This document shows, one piece after another, positions 19,059 to 29,119 of a stretch of 64,000 nucleotides of DNA. This DNA comes from a virus: IMG/VR virus record IMGVR_UViG_3300025534_000004, positions 32,001 to 96,000 of that record. One strand, 5' to 3'. The stretch's first letter is position 1; every line of letters begins with the position of its first letter. The translations under genes and the position numbers were made by a program. The notes beneath the pieces were generated by a model. It saw only the letters and a list, made by a program, of their open reading frames with translations, was not told the origin of the DNA and made no database searches.

Positions 19059-20585
19059 TCACAGATAGCGTGTCGGATCGCTCGCCACCGGGTCGTAATA
19101 GACCTCATCCTCCTCCATCGGCGGCAAAGGGGTGGGCCGCTGCGACGGAATGCTCGGCGGCAGGGGCGGAAGCTCCTCCCGCGTGATCGGCGACCCGATG
19201 GAGCCCGGCACCGTCTCGACGGACGGAGGCGGCGGGGGCGCGGCCGGGAGGCTCTGCGGCGGCGCGCTGGGGGACGGGCCGGTGATCCCGAGCAGGCCAC
19301 TGTAGCCGTAGGCGGAGCCGTCCGCGCCGACCTGCGAATTGTAGCCGTACTGGGCCATGCCGGGCCGCTGCGCGTTGATCGCGCCATAAGCTTGCGGCGA
19401 AAGGGTCACACCGGAGGCGCCGGAGTACAGGCCGGTCGCGCCCATCACGGCGGAGGTCATGACGCCCTGCATGAGCGTCGCGCCGATGGTGCCGAAGCTC
19501 GTCCTGAGGCCGCCGGAGACGCTGGCGAGCGCGCCGTTTACCAAGGTGGCGCTGATGCCGCCGCGCGAGCCGCCAACCGAGATGTTGACCACCGAACCGA
19601 GCGCGGGGTTGCTGCCGACGGGATAGTAGGACGCATCCCCGAAGGTGTAATTGCCGAACAGGCCGAGCGCACCTCCGGCGGACGGACTCTGATAGCGGTA
19701 ATTGAAATCCGCTGCGGTTGCCGCCTCGCTCATCATGGCGAGGGCGCTGTTCGGGTCAAAGGCGCCTTCCAGACTGCTGCCGGAGGAAGTCACTCCACCG
19801 ACCTGAAAGAAGCTGTTCGTGGCGGCATCGACCCCGGCGGGCGTCCGGACACTCGTTGCATCATAATCGCCAATGTCGGGGGTGTTGCCGTTCAGTTTCT
19901 CGCCTTCCTGCATCTCGGCCACGCTTGCCGCATCCCCGGCGGCAATTTCGACCGTCATCGCCTCGAACACGAAGGTGGCGTTGATGGTCGAAACCTCGCC
20001 GTTGCCGTAATCCAACTCGTCCGGATCGAAGGCACTGATCCGGGGATTGACGAGCGTGTAGAGATCGTAGGTCTTGTTGTAGAAATGCAGGATTTCGATG
20101 GTCCGGAAGAAATACATCGCATCGAGCATCTCCGTCCCATCCGTCGCGGCACCGCCGCCGTTATGCGCGGTGAAGCCGTAGGCGCGAGGCCGCATCTCCG
20201 GCGTGGTCACGTCGTACGCCCAGTTCGATTCGAGCGTGCCCGGCGTGAAGTCGCCGAAATAGTGCTGCGTATAGGCCGACCACATGCGCATGGCTGCGCC
20301 ATCCGCAGTGTCGTAGAATGCCATCTTGAGCGGACCGGTCTTGTAGCCGGTATAGATGAAGCGTCGCTTGTTGTACTGGTTCAGTTCCTCGACATGCGGC
20401 TGGATCGTCGGGCGGTCGATGGAGCGCACCGCGAAGGTGAGCAGGCGGGTTTCATCCTGCATCTGCCCGGTGTTGGTGTGGAAGCGCACCAGAAACGCGT
20501 GGCGCGACTTGGGGAAGCCGCCCGAGTAGACGAACAGCTTCCCCGCCTGATCCGGGCTCTTGAACAAGGTCAAGAGATTAGCCAT
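19059..20585 (-). CDS. Tail tube-fold baseplate/tube initiator protein with Pro-rich tail
   Basis: RSIDRP...EELNQYNKRR...FYDT...LDY pattern; adjacent to the tube gene. Confidence 0.65.
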   Translation of the reverse strand: MANLLTLFKSPDQAGKLFVYSGGFPKSRHAFLVRFHTNTGQMQDETRLLTFAVRSIDRPTIQPHVEELNQYNKRRFIYTGYKTGPLKMAFYDTADGAAMRMWSAYTQHYFGDFTPGTLESNWAYDVTTPEMRPRAYGFTAHNGGGAATDGTEMLDAMYFFRTIEILHFYNKTYDLYTLVNPRISAFDPDELDYGNGEVSTINATFVFEAMTVEIAAGDAASVAEMQEGEKLNGNTPDIGDYDATSVRTPAGVDAATNSFFQVGGVTSSGSSLEGAFDPNSALAMMSEAATAADFNYRYQSPSAGGALGLFGNYTFGDASYYPVGSNPALGSVVNISVGGSRGGISATLVNGALASVSGGLRTSFGTIGATLMQGVMTSAVMGATGLYSGASGVTLSPQAYGAINAQRPGMAQYGYNSQVGADGSAYGYSGLLGITGPSPSAPPQSLPAAPPPPPSVETVPGSIGSPITREELPPLPPSIPSQRPTPLPPMEEDEVYYDPVASDPTRYL

Positions 20586-20604
20586 GCCAGCCGCACCCAG
20601 CCTA

Positions 20605-21192
20605 TCAGGTGGCGAACGGTCCGATGGTCGAAGGCTGCGGCACCAGCGGCATCAGCCCGCCGGACTGCGTCGCGTTGTCGTAGCGGATGCCCATCTCGAT
20701 GGTCATCGGCTCGCCGGACGAATAGTCGAAGCTCTCGTAGTTGACCGATTCCAACATGCAGCCTTCGAGGAACCACTCCTCAAGGATGCCGTCGTCGCCG
20801 CCGTCCATGGTGTGGAGAAGCATCTGGAACTTGTAGTTCGAAGCAGCCAACATGGTGGTCTGCTGGAAGAAGTTCATCTGCTTCTGGATTTGCGCGCCGA
20901 CGAGACGGCTGACCGAGTTGGTCACGTCGTCGCGGACGGTCAGGCTGATCGACTGCCACTCCGGCTTGCCGCCGATATAGGCGGTGGAGTTGTAGGCGTG
21001 CAGGGTTACCGGGTTGAAGTTGACGTTCGGGCGGCTGACCGTCATCACCTGCTGGGTCAGAGCGATGGAGCCAGCGGCAATACCGAAATTCGTGACGATG
21101 ACGCGGAACTTGTGCTTCTGCTTGGGCTGCAAGATGCCGCCGCGACCTTCACCGCCACCCAGCGGAACGCCGAAATTCTGCAAAGTGGTCAT
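20605..21192 (-). CDS. Tail tube protein (T4 gp19-like)
   Basis: QPKQKHKFRV...GKPEWQSISLTVRDD...EEWFLEGC...IRYDNA; TAAATA at 21224-21229. Confidence 0.88.
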   Translation of the reverse strand: MTTLQNFGVPLGGGEGRGGILQPKQKHKFRVIVTNFGIAAGSIALTQQVMTVSRPNVNFNPVTLHAYNSTAYIGGKPEWQSISLTVRDDVTNSVSRLVGAQIQKQMNFFQQTTMLAASNYKFQMLLHTMDGGDDGILEEWFLEGCMLESVNYESFDYSSGEPMTIEMGIRYDNATQSGGLMPLVPQPSTIGPFAT

Positions 21193-21358
21193 GAAAATAG
21201 TCTCCTGAAAGGACCTCTCCCCGTATTTAGATTTTCGTGAAAAGCTCGCTGTTAATGGCGGCGATAAATACGCGCCTTGCGGCGCCGTCGGCCGCCCCGC
21301 AATCGGACCGTGCGTCGTGAGGTAAATAGGGGCGACTACGCAATCATGAGCGCCGCCC

Positions 21359-22372
21359 ATGTCCCTCCGCCGTTACCTCGACATCGTCTCCAAGCTCAAT
21401 GAAGCCCCGGACCTTGATCGGTCCCATGCGGCGCGGATGCAGCGCGCCCGCGATCTCGGCTTCGATGTGGATGATCCGCATTACCACGGCACGCCGGGCG
21501 GGGACTTCGACGAGTTCGACCCTGAGCGCACGGCGGACGAGGACCTCGCCTACGGCAAGGGCATTTACGCGACGCGCGATCCGGAGGCGGCGAGCGGCTA
21601 CTCGCGGCCCGGCTCGTCATGGGGCAATGATGGGGATGCCGATGATGCCCGGCCGACCGTGTACAAGGTCTACCTGCGGGTGCGGAATCCCTTCGACCTC
21701 GACAAGGTCTATCCCTATGCCGAGATCAAGCGCATCTTCACACACTGCTTCGACGAGCAGGAGCTTGAGGGGATCGAATTCTGGCAGGAAATCCAGCAGG
21801 AGGCGCACGACTACCCCGACCACCACGAGGAACTGTACGAGTTGCAGGAGCGCCTGCACCAGCTTGAGAATGCGGACGAGCACGAGGATGTTGATCCGGA
21901 CGACTACGAGGAAGGCACTCGCGATCCCGAGTATATCGAGGACGTGCAGCGCGCCCTTGAATATGAGAAGCAGAGCGTCCGGCGGCAGATCGAGTTCTTG
22001 GAACGGATGGATGCGAGGGAGTTGGAGGAGCACAAGCGGGCGGTCGAGACCGGCCGCAAGGCATCCGCCTACGGCCGCGACATCTACAAGGCGCTCTGGC
22101 AGAACACCCCCGACTATCACGACTGGCGGGCCGAGAGTAAGCTGTTCGGCGGCGAGACCGACACCTTCGAGTTCAAGTCTCAGGCCAATCAATGGCTTGA
22201 GGAACTCGGCTATGACGGCATCCGCCACATTGACAAGTACAATCCCGGCCGGAAAGGCAAACCACACGTGGTGACGATTGCCTTCCACCCACATCAGGTG
22301 CGGTCCGTCCACGCCAATTTCGACCCCGACAAGGCCGACAGCCCGAAGATGCACGAGGACGCCCCGCGCTGA
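21359..22372 (+). CDS. ART-PolyVal-like ADP-ribosyltransferase-fold protein with acidic insert and virion leader
   Basis: YHGT..FDEFD...GKGIYAT.DP..AS.Y...VYLRVRNP...GYDGI...F.P.QVRSV; leader ends LNE; TAAATA at 21323. Confidence 0.7.
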   Translation: MSLRRYLDIVSKLNEAPDLDRSHAARMQRARDLGFDVDDPHYHGTPGGDFDEFDPERTADEDLAYGKGIYATRDPEAASGYSRPGSSWGNDGDADDARPTVYKVYLRVRNPFDLDKVYPYAEIKRIFTHCFDEQELEGIEFWQEIQQEAHDYPDHHEELYELQERLHQLENADEHEDVDPDDYEEGTRDPEYIEDVQRALEYEKQSVRRQIEFLERMDARELEEHKRAVETGRKASAYGRDIYKALWQNTPDYHDWRAESKLFGGETDTFEFKSQANQWLEELGYDGIRHIDKYNPGRKGKPHVVTIAFHPHQVRSVHANFDPDKADSPKMHEDAPR

Positions 22373-22379
22373 GGGCGTC

Positions 22380-22730
22380 CTAGCGCAGGAGGAGGTCGCG
22401 GGTGACAACCTCGTCGCGCACCACCTCGAACCCCCGGCGCAGGAGCGCGTCACCGAACTCCCGGTTCTGGACGCTCTCCATATAGATCGGCCGGTTCGTC
22501 GCGGCCCGGATGCGCTTGAGCATGTCCGTGAACATGCCCTTGCGCTGCGCGTGCTCGTTGCTGATGCTGACCGACGCGATCTGCACGCAGGAAACGTAGT
22601 CATCCCCGACCAGCTTTGGCCCGATGCGGATGTAGGCGTCTAGCTCGCCGTGACTGAGCCAGCGGCGTGCCATGCCGAGGCGGTTGCCCTCGGCCTCGGT
22701 CAGCAGATCGCGGAACTTAGCATCGAACAC
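22380..22730 (-). CDS. GNAT-like acetyltransferase-fold protein
   Basis: IASVSISNEHAQRKGMFT...LLRRGF motif. Confidence 0.55.
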   Translation of the reverse strand: MFDAKFRDLLTEAEGNRLGMARRWLSHGELDAYIRIGPKLVGDDYVSCVQIASVSISNEHAQRKGMFTDMLKRIRAATNRPIYMESVQNREFGDALLRRGFEVVRDEVVTRDLLLR

Positions 22731-22739
22731 GCATCCCTC

Positions 22740-23063
22740 CTACCCGAAACTCACCGTCATCGCCGCGAGGTCCTTGGCGGAAACGGTCACGATTCCGCCG
22801 TATCCGGTGCTGCGCTGATAGCGCAGCGACGGAAAGGTCGCACGCAGGTCGTCCACGAAGGGCAGTTTCTCGAAATCGGGCTCGGTTGCCTTGACCACGG
22901 CGAGACGGTCGCCGCCAATTTGCTCAAGCACGAGGTCGGCCTTCTGGATGCGTGGCGTGGACAGGTCGATTTGCGTCGCCTCGGACGGCCATTCGATCCA
23001 TGGGAGCACGACGACCCGTTCGCGCAGGTCCGCGATGGTCAGGGGTGCAGGGGTGTTCTTCAT
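22740..23063 (-). CDS. Hypothetical protein
   Basis: ORF with RBS. Confidence 0.55.
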   Translation of the reverse strand: MKNTPAPLTIADLRERVVVLPWIEWPSEATQIDLSTPRIQKADLVLEQIGGDRLAVVKATEPDFEKLPFVDDLRATFPSLRYQRSTGYGGIVTVSAKDLAAMTVSFG

Positions 23064-23571
23064 AATCCGGTCCTGAAATGTGTTGCGGGCTCGCGGCCCA
23101 CCAAGCTATCGCGCCAAACCCGGTCCTCGTCAACCGGCTTTTGCCGAAACCGGGCAGGAAAAGAACAGGCGCAGGACCACCTCGTCGCGGTCATCCGCCG
23201 CGACGCGTTCGCGCCGTTGGAATGAGCCCTCTACGTACCCGAGGGATCGCAGCGATGGCAGCATCTCCCGCAGGGAGGGCGGTCTAGTAGGGGTCGGTGG
23301 TGATGCTCCCCGTGCAGCGCGGTTCTTCACGGCGCGGAAGATGCCCTGCGCCTCTTGGCACAGGATCAGATCGGCCATGCAAGCCTGCCGATAGGGCAGA
23401 CGGTCGAACCACCACCGGTCAGGTTGGTCGCTTCCGGGCTCGCTTCGGGGAATATTGCCCAGACGCGCCCGGAAAGCTCGACGGCATTGAGCGTCGAAAC
23501 ACCCTGCTGAAATGCGGAACGCGGCACCGTATATCACGGTGCCGCGCATCGATCCATCCGGAATGTTCCAG

Positions 23572-24198
23572 TCAGGTACGCCGAAGGCCGAGCGGTCGCC
23601 GCTCCACCTGCACGGCACTACTCCGCTCCTGCGCCCCGCCCTGCGGCACCGGAGTGATCTCCTTGCGCAGGATGAGGTCCTTGACATCGGCCAGATCGAC
23701 GAAGCGGTCCGCCGCCCGGCGGAGATCGTCGGAAATGGCCGGGGGATCGACTTTCAGCGAGGAGACTACGGTCACCTTCGCGCCCTTCCGCTGCGCCGCA
23801 TCCACCGCGTAGGACAGGTCGCCCTCGCCGGAGAACAGAAGGATGTGCTCAGCGTGCTCGGCCGCGTTCACGAGTTCCGTGGCGATCTCGACGGCCATGT
23901 TGCCCTTGGTGCGGCGGCGGCCACCGGGATCGATGAACTCACGCAGCGGCTTGGTTATCGTTCTGAAACCGTTATAGCCAAGCCAGTCCACCAGCGGCTT
24001 GACCGGCGAATGATCGTCAGGGTTGTCGGTGATGGCGGTAAAATAATAGATGCGATGCAGATCGCATACCTCATCGAAATGATCGCGGAATTTCTTGTAG
24101 TCCACCTCGTAGCCCAGCGACCGTGTCGTCGCATAGAAGCTCGGCCCATCGATCAGCACATCAACGCGCTGACCCGGATTGACGCCGAAATCCTTCAT
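23572..24198 (-). CDS. NYN domain (LabA/DUF88) protein
   Basis: LIDGPSFY...KGNMAVEIA...LFSGEGDL...LRRAADRFVDL; alphaproteobacterial-like; several acidic catalytic positions altered. Confidence 0.85.
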   Translation of the reverse strand: MKDFGVNPGQRVDVLIDGPSFYATTRSLGYEVDYKKFRDHFDEVCDLHRIYYFTAITDNPDDHSPVKPLVDWLGYNGFRTITKPLREFIDPGGRRRTKGNMAVEIATELVNAAEHAEHILLFSGEGDLSYAVDAAQRKGAKVTVVSSLKVDPPAISDDLRRAADRFVDLADVKDLILRKEITPVPQGGAQERSSAVQVERRPLGLRRT

Positions 24199-24369
24199 CG
24201 GAAACCCTTTCTGAGGTAGCTTCGTTACCGACCTTTAAGCCCGGCAAGGCAGGCTTAGCCCCCGAAGTGGTTCCGGTCAATGAAAAACTATTGCAATCCG
24301 ATTTTGTTTGTGCTTGCCGCCACTATTTCGGGAATGCGGGCCTCCGGCAGCCCTGATCGGGCAGGCCGA

Positions 24370-24404
24370 AAAGGAAAGGGCCGCACCGGGTGCGGCCCTT
24401 TTCC
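24370..24404. terminator. Intrinsic terminator after the tail sheath gene
   Basis: AAAGGGCCGCACC-G-GGTGCGGCCCTTT with A/T tracts on both sides. Confidence 0.8.
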
Positions 24405-24410
24405 ATCGGA

Positions 24411-27305
24411 TCAGCCCTCCTGCGTCAGCAGCGGGGCGCTGGTGTTCATGATTCGGACCGGGATGTAAATGAACTCCACGGCCTTGAGCGGCTTGATGAG
24501 AACATCGATCCACAACTCGTTCCGGTCGATGCGATCCGGCGTGTTGTTGGTCTCGTCGCACAGAACCGCGTAGTCGCTGAGCGCGCGGAGGCCGACCAGC
24601 GTGTTGAAGAACCGCTCGACGGTGTTCTGCGCCGTCTTGCGGGTCTGCTGGTCGTTCGGCTCGAACAGGAACGGCTTGACCGCAATATCGAGGTTGTACT
24701 TGACATAGTTGGCAAGCCGGGCGACATTGATCCGGTCAAGCGCGCTGTCGAGCGGGGCCAGCGTTTTCTGGCCGTACACGACCAGACCCTTGCCGGGGAT
24801 GTAAGCAATCGGGTTGATCTTGTTCTCATATAGCGTGTCGCGCTGACCCTGATTCAGGATCACCGGCTGGAACTCGCCCTCGTCCGTCAGGTAGCCGACG
24901 CTGGTGACGTTCGTCACGAGACCGCGCTGGAAGCCCGCCGGGGCGAACCACGGGTACGAGACGCTGTCGTTGTAGGCCATCGTGCGGAGCGCGATGGTCG
25001 AGGGCGGCACCATGATCTCGGAGCCGTCCACATTGGTGCCGAGACCCCACGGGTAGTAGATGCCCGTGTAGACGTTGGAGGAGGTCAGGCCGTCCTCGCC
25101 GTTCGACGCCGCCATCTTGGCGTTTTTCGCCCAGTTCTGGATATCGGTCGCGTTCGGCTTGAGGCGGATCGGCGTGTCACCGATGACGAAGGACACCTCC
25201 TTCTGGTCGGTGTTCAGCGTCACCATCTCGTCGATAAGCTCCGGATAGCCCGGCGCGGCAATCAGGTTGAAGTGGACCAGTTCCGAGCGGATATCCTCGT
25301 TCGAGGACAGCGCGGCAGCCATCGAGCGGACCACCATGGCGCGCTGCGCCTTGCGGCCCATGTACGGCGAGCCGTCCGCCTTGTTGCCGGAAGCCGTCAC
25401 CCAGCGCCCGCCACGCGGCGAGCCGTCCGCAGCCGCCAGCGGCGGGAACTGATAGCCCGGATCGCCGACCGTGTAGCCCTCAAGGGTGAAATCGGTCTCC
25501 GGATCGAAGCCGCCGTGCTCGAAGTAATGCGGGCGCCACTCCTTGACGTTCTGCGTCGAGTACCGGGTGTTGAACAGGAGCATCCCGGCCGGGTACATGC
25601 GGGCGTCCGGAGCGTCGGGATCGACGAAATCCGACAGGGCCATGTCGGCGCCAGCCGTCGAGTTGTAGGTGTACTCGCCCGGATTCGGCTGGCCTTCGAA
25701 CGGCACACCGGAATCCTGACGCGCATCGGCGAACACGATACCGAACGGGGTGGTCTGGTCCGTGTTGTCCACGCGGCGCCAGCGACGCGCCGCCGCATCG
25801 AAGCGGTAGATCGCCGGATAGTTCTCCATGTCGGAGGAATCAATCCAGAGGTCGTCGTCAACCAGCGCCTTGCCGTCGCTTTGCGTCGTCGGGGCGGACG
25901 CGGCGATCTGCGGGCCGTTCACGTCGGTCATCGGGTAGGCGCGGCGGTAGGCGATCCAGTTCTTGCCGTCGCTCACCATGATGTCGGCGCGGAAGTCCGC
26001 ATTGTACCAAAGGGTGCCTTCGGCCGGATCGGTCGTCGGCGCCAGCATCTCCGCCTCGTAGGTCAGAAGCTCCCAATGGCTGCCGTTGAAGCGGCGAAGC
26101 TCCTGCACGCCCGTGTCCGCGTCGTAGCCGACATAGACCGTGCCCGTGGCCGGAACGCCGAGGCCGTGCAGCGCAGCCTCATCCTTGCCGGAGGCGCCGT
26201 CGTCGAGCAGGCTGTTGAACGGGAAGAACGGAGCCGTCAGGCTGATCCAACGGCTGCCATCCCAGTACCGGACCGCCCAGTTCGCGCCCTTGTTCGCGGG
26301 CGTGCCCTTCACCCACACGTCGCCCTGAACCGAGCCGGACGGATACTGCGCGTCGGAGGTGCGGAACACGCGGTTGCCCCGCACGACGCCGCCGCTGACG
26401 TTCAGGCCGAGGGTCTTGAGCGGCTCGCCGTTGCCATTGGCAATGGTGAGATCGTGGCCGGTGACTTCCTTGATCACCAGCGCGTCGTTGCCGATCTCGG
26501 CAATGACGTTCGGAATCCCGGCGCCATTGATGGTCGCTACGACATTTTCGAGCGTACCCGCGTTGAAGGTCACCGGTACGCCATTGATGACAATGATGTC
26601 GCCGTCGGTGAGCGAGGGCGGGTTGACCGCGCCACGAATGGTGGTCGGACGCTTGGCGAGCCATTCGGCGCTGCCGATCCGATACCACCGCCCGCTGATC
26701 TTCTCGTAGATGAAGTTGCTGGCGGTCATCGGGACGACGGCGAAGTCACCATCGGTGCCGAAGCTGTCGAGCGGCACGTAGTCGGTGTCGATGTCGGCCA
26801 GCATCGCAACCTTGACCGGCTGCGAGACCCACGCCGAGCCGGGATTCTGCTGGCCGTTCGACTGGAAAACACCCCACTGCGTGGTGTGCAGGTCAAGCCA
26901 GTAGGTGCCGGAGATGGGCTGGCCGCGCGGCGGCTCGACCGACGCCTCAAGCTGCGCGAGGTCGATGTCAGCGCGCAGAACGTAGCAGCGGTTCTGGATG
27001 CCGAGGAAGGAGTATGCGGCGTGGAGGCCGTACTCGTTCAACTCGTGCCCGTGAATCGGGGTGCCCTGAAAGCTGTAGAACTTCGGATTGCCGTAGCTCT
27101 GGACAAGCTCGCGCTGGCTGGTGGCGAGGAGCAGCTTTCCCGACATCGCGGACGTGGTGAAGGCCGCGACGCCGGTACCAGAGGGATTGGCCTTGTTAGC
27201 GGCAGTGGCGATAACGATGAGAGGCACGGTGCCCTGAGCGGCACCCGTGTAGAAACTCTCGTCGATGATCTGCACGTCCACGCCCGGAGAGACGAGTGTG
27301 CTCAT
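24411..27305 (-). CDS. Contractile tail sheath protein
   Basis: LVSPGVDVQIIDES N-terminus; PWFAPAGFQRG...LY..KINPI...GQKTL...DRINVARL...FEPND...P.KAVEFIYIP; TAAATA at 27343. Confidence 0.95.
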   Translation of the reverse strand: MSTLVSPGVDVQIIDESFYTGAAQGTVPLIVIATAANKANPSGTGVAAFTTSAMSGKLLLATSQRELVQSYGNPKFYSFQGTPIHGHELNEYGLHAAYSFLGIQNRCYVLRADIDLAQLEASVEPPRGQPISGTYWLDLHTTQWGVFQSNGQQNPGSAWVSQPVKVAMLADIDTDYVPLDSFGTDGDFAVVPMTASNFIYEKISGRWYRIGSAEWLAKRPTTIRGAVNPPSLTDGDIIVINGVPVTFNAGTLENVVATINGAGIPNVIAEIGNDALVIKEVTGHDLTIANGNGEPLKTLGLNVSGGVVRGNRVFRTSDAQYPSGSVQGDVWVKGTPANKGANWAVRYWDGSRWISLTAPFFPFNSLLDDGASGKDEAALHGLGVPATGTVYVGYDADTGVQELRRFNGSHWELLTYEAEMLAPTTDPAEGTLWYNADFRADIMVSDGKNWIAYRRAYPMTDVNGPQIAASAPTTQSDGKALVDDDLWIDSSDMENYPAIYRFDAAARRWRRVDNTDQTTPFGIVFADARQDSGVPFEGQPNPGEYTYNSTAGADMALSDFVDPDAPDARMYPAGMLLFNTRYSTQNVKEWRPHYFEHGGFDPETDFTLEGYTVGDPGYQFPPLAAADGSPRGGRWVTASGNKADGSPYMGRKAQRAMVVRSMAAALSSNEDIRSELVHFNLIAAPGYPELIDEMVTLNTDQKEVSFVIGDTPIRLKPNATDIQNWAKNAKMAASNGEDGLTSSNVYTGIYYPWGLGTNVDGSEIMVPPSTIALRTMAYNDSVSYPWFAPAGFQRGLVTNVTSVGYLTDEGEFQPVILNQGQRDTLYENKINPIAYIPGKGLVVYGQKTLAPLDSALDRINVARLANYVKYNLDIAVKPFLFEPNDQQTRKTAQNTVERFFNTLVGLRALSDYAVLCDETNNTPDRIDRNELWIDVLIKPLKAVEFIYIPVRIMNTSAPLLTQEG

Positions 27306-27410
27306 TCTGAAATAGCCTCCGAGAAAAATAGCTTTGTTCGGCTATTTAGTCGGAGGCACCTCGCGGACTGCCTGTACGTAACTCCGCGCTTGGCTTTCCA
27401 ATGCGTACGA

Positions 27411-27446
27411 AAAAGCGCGGCACCAATCGGTGCCGCGCTTCGCTTT
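27411..27446. terminator. Intrinsic terminator
   Basis: AAGCGCGGCACC-AATC-GGTGCCGCGCTT stem with T-tract on the minus strand. Confidence 0.75.
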
Positions 27447-27490
27447 GTGCCGGGCAGCCTTCTTGTGAAGGCCGCGAGAAGCGGCGATGT

Positions 27491-28531
27491 TCAGGTGATC
27501 CGGTAGCCGAACTCCACCGCGTTGACCGCCTCGGCCGTCCAGCCCGAACCTGTCGCGGGATCGGTCGTGTACAGGTCCTCAAGCGTCTGGTAGGTCTGGG
27601 TCGCGAGGCGGGGATTGCCCGGCGATTCCGTATCACCGGATTTCAGGATGGTTTGTGCCGAACGGTCGGCGGTGTCGTCCTTTCTGACCACCGCCTTGAC
27701 ATTCAACCCAAGCACGACGCTGCCACTCGGCACCATGTTGCTCGTGCTCGTGAAAGTATCGGTCGCACCGATAGCGGACGCCGTGTTGTAGCTGGTGTCC
27801 CCATCGTTGGAGAACGCCATCTCCCAATTCTGCTTGCCTGCGGTATTAGGCGTGAAATCGTGGTAATCGCCATTGGCCGACGGCGTGCGGACGCGCACCG
27901 AGCAGATACCAAGAAAATCATTGTATGGTGCCGGGCCGCTTCCGTCGCAGATGTACAGGTCGTCGATGAGCGACTGCCCTGAAACGATGGACGACGTGAA
28001 ACGGACGCGGTCAATCATGCTGGCCCCGCTGCCCTGTGTGTTCACGCCGACGAGCGCAATCTGGTTGATGCCATCGACGCGTACGGTCACGGCGCCATCG
28101 GTGATCCCGATCTTGATCTGCACCTCCACATACTGCCACGTATCCCTTGGATACGGATCGGCCACGGCCAACGTGGTGTATTCCGAGGATGTCAAGCCGA
28201 CACCGGCTATGATCCCAGAGTCGCTGAACTTGATAAAAGGTCCTTGCGGGGTATAGGGATCATCGACGTTCACGTTCGGAAACATCATGTTGAGAACGTC
28301 GTAGGCTCCGTTGACAGGATCGCGCTGGCGTTTATGGGCGAACCCAACAGTCACGAAGTTGGTCGGCGGAATGGGGCGGGCGATTCTGTTCCTGACCCAG
28401 AGCGTCTTTGCGCCATACCCATACCTTCCGGTATCGGACAGCAATCCGATTAGATTGGTGCCGGTGATATATAACGACAGGTCCGTCTCAGACCTGTATG
28501 CATCAAACCCGTCAAAACAGATCAGCGCCAT
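27491..28531 (-). CDS. Putative virion lectin-like (beta-sandwich) protein
   Basis: MALICFDGFD...WQYVEV...IDDLYICD...DPATGSGWT; TAAATA at 28565. Confidence 0.65.
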   Translation of the reverse strand: MALICFDGFDAYRSETDLSLYITGTNLIGLLSDTGRYGYGAKTLWVRNRIARPIPPTNFVTVGFAHKRQRDPVNGAYDVLNMMFPNVNVDDPYTPQGPFIKFSDSGIIAGVGLTSSEYTTLAVADPYPRDTWQYVEVQIKIGITDGAVTVRVDGINQIALVGVNTQGSGASMIDRVRFTSSIVSGQSLIDDLYICDGSGPAPYNDFLGICSVRVRTPSANGDYHDFTPNTAGKQNWEMAFSNDGDTSYNTASAIGATDTFTSTSNMVPSGSVVLGLNVKAVVRKDDTADRSAQTILKSGDTESPGNPRLATQTYQTLEDLYTTDPATGSGWTAEAVNAVEFGYRIT

Positions 28532-28582
28532 GATGCCGTACTAGCCCCGAATATAATTCGCCCGTATTTATGTGGCAGTATG

Positions 28583-28972
28583 TCAGTTCACGCAGAGGCC
28601 GAACGGCCGACGGCGGGGCGGCACCTCGCGTACCAATACCTCGACCACTGCATGTGTCGCTCGGAAATGCGGGTCTGGGTCGTCCGGATCGCTGCCGCCA
28701 TCGCTGCCACCCGGTGGTGGGACTTCGCGCACCAGTACCTCGACCACTGCATGTGTCGCTCGGAAATGCGGGTCTGGGTCGTCCGGATCGCTGCCGCCAT
28801 CGCTGCCACCCGGTGGTGGGACTTCGCGCACCAGTACCTCGACCGCAGCGTGCGTGGCGCGGAGATGCGGATCAGGATCGTCCGGACCGCTGCCACCATC
28901 GCTGCCACCCAGTGGTGGGACTTCGCGCACCAACACCTCAGTTGCGACAGAAGTTACCCGTAGCTCTGGCAT
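28583..28972 (-). CDS. Small late protein built of 33-aa repeats (R.T...VEVLVRE)
   Basis: TAAATA at 29004; repeat EVLVREVPPPGGSDGGSDPDDPDPHFRATHAVV. Confidence 0.55.
   Translation of the reverse strand: MPELRVTSVATEVLVREVPPLGGSDGGSGPDDPDPHLRATHAAVEVLVREVPPPGGSDGGSDPDDPDPHFRATHAVVEVLVREVPPPGGSDGGSDPDDPDPHFRATHAVVEVLVREVPPRRRPFGLCVN
28626..28940. repeat. 99-bp tandem repeat, about 3.2 copies
   Basis: Unit starts at 28626, 28725, 28824 and 28923. Confidence 0.9.
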
Positions 28973-29119
28973 AACCGCGTTTCCACATTTGGATTTCGCT
29001 GGCTATTTACCGTGCGCGCGCAATCCGTCGTCGGTTGCCGGGCACATTGGCATTCTGTGCCACGGCACCATGCGTCCCCGAAAACTAAATACCGGGCATT
29101 TTATTCTCAGGTGTGTCCG

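Noticed and set aside
25272-27506. Long antisense ORFs (744 aa here; also 19392-20744, 46714-48099, 51409-52737)
   Set aside because: Shadow frames opposite high-GC3 real genes, with no motifs
28626-28940. CRISPR array
   Set aside because: Contiguous 99-bp coding repeats with no unique spacers
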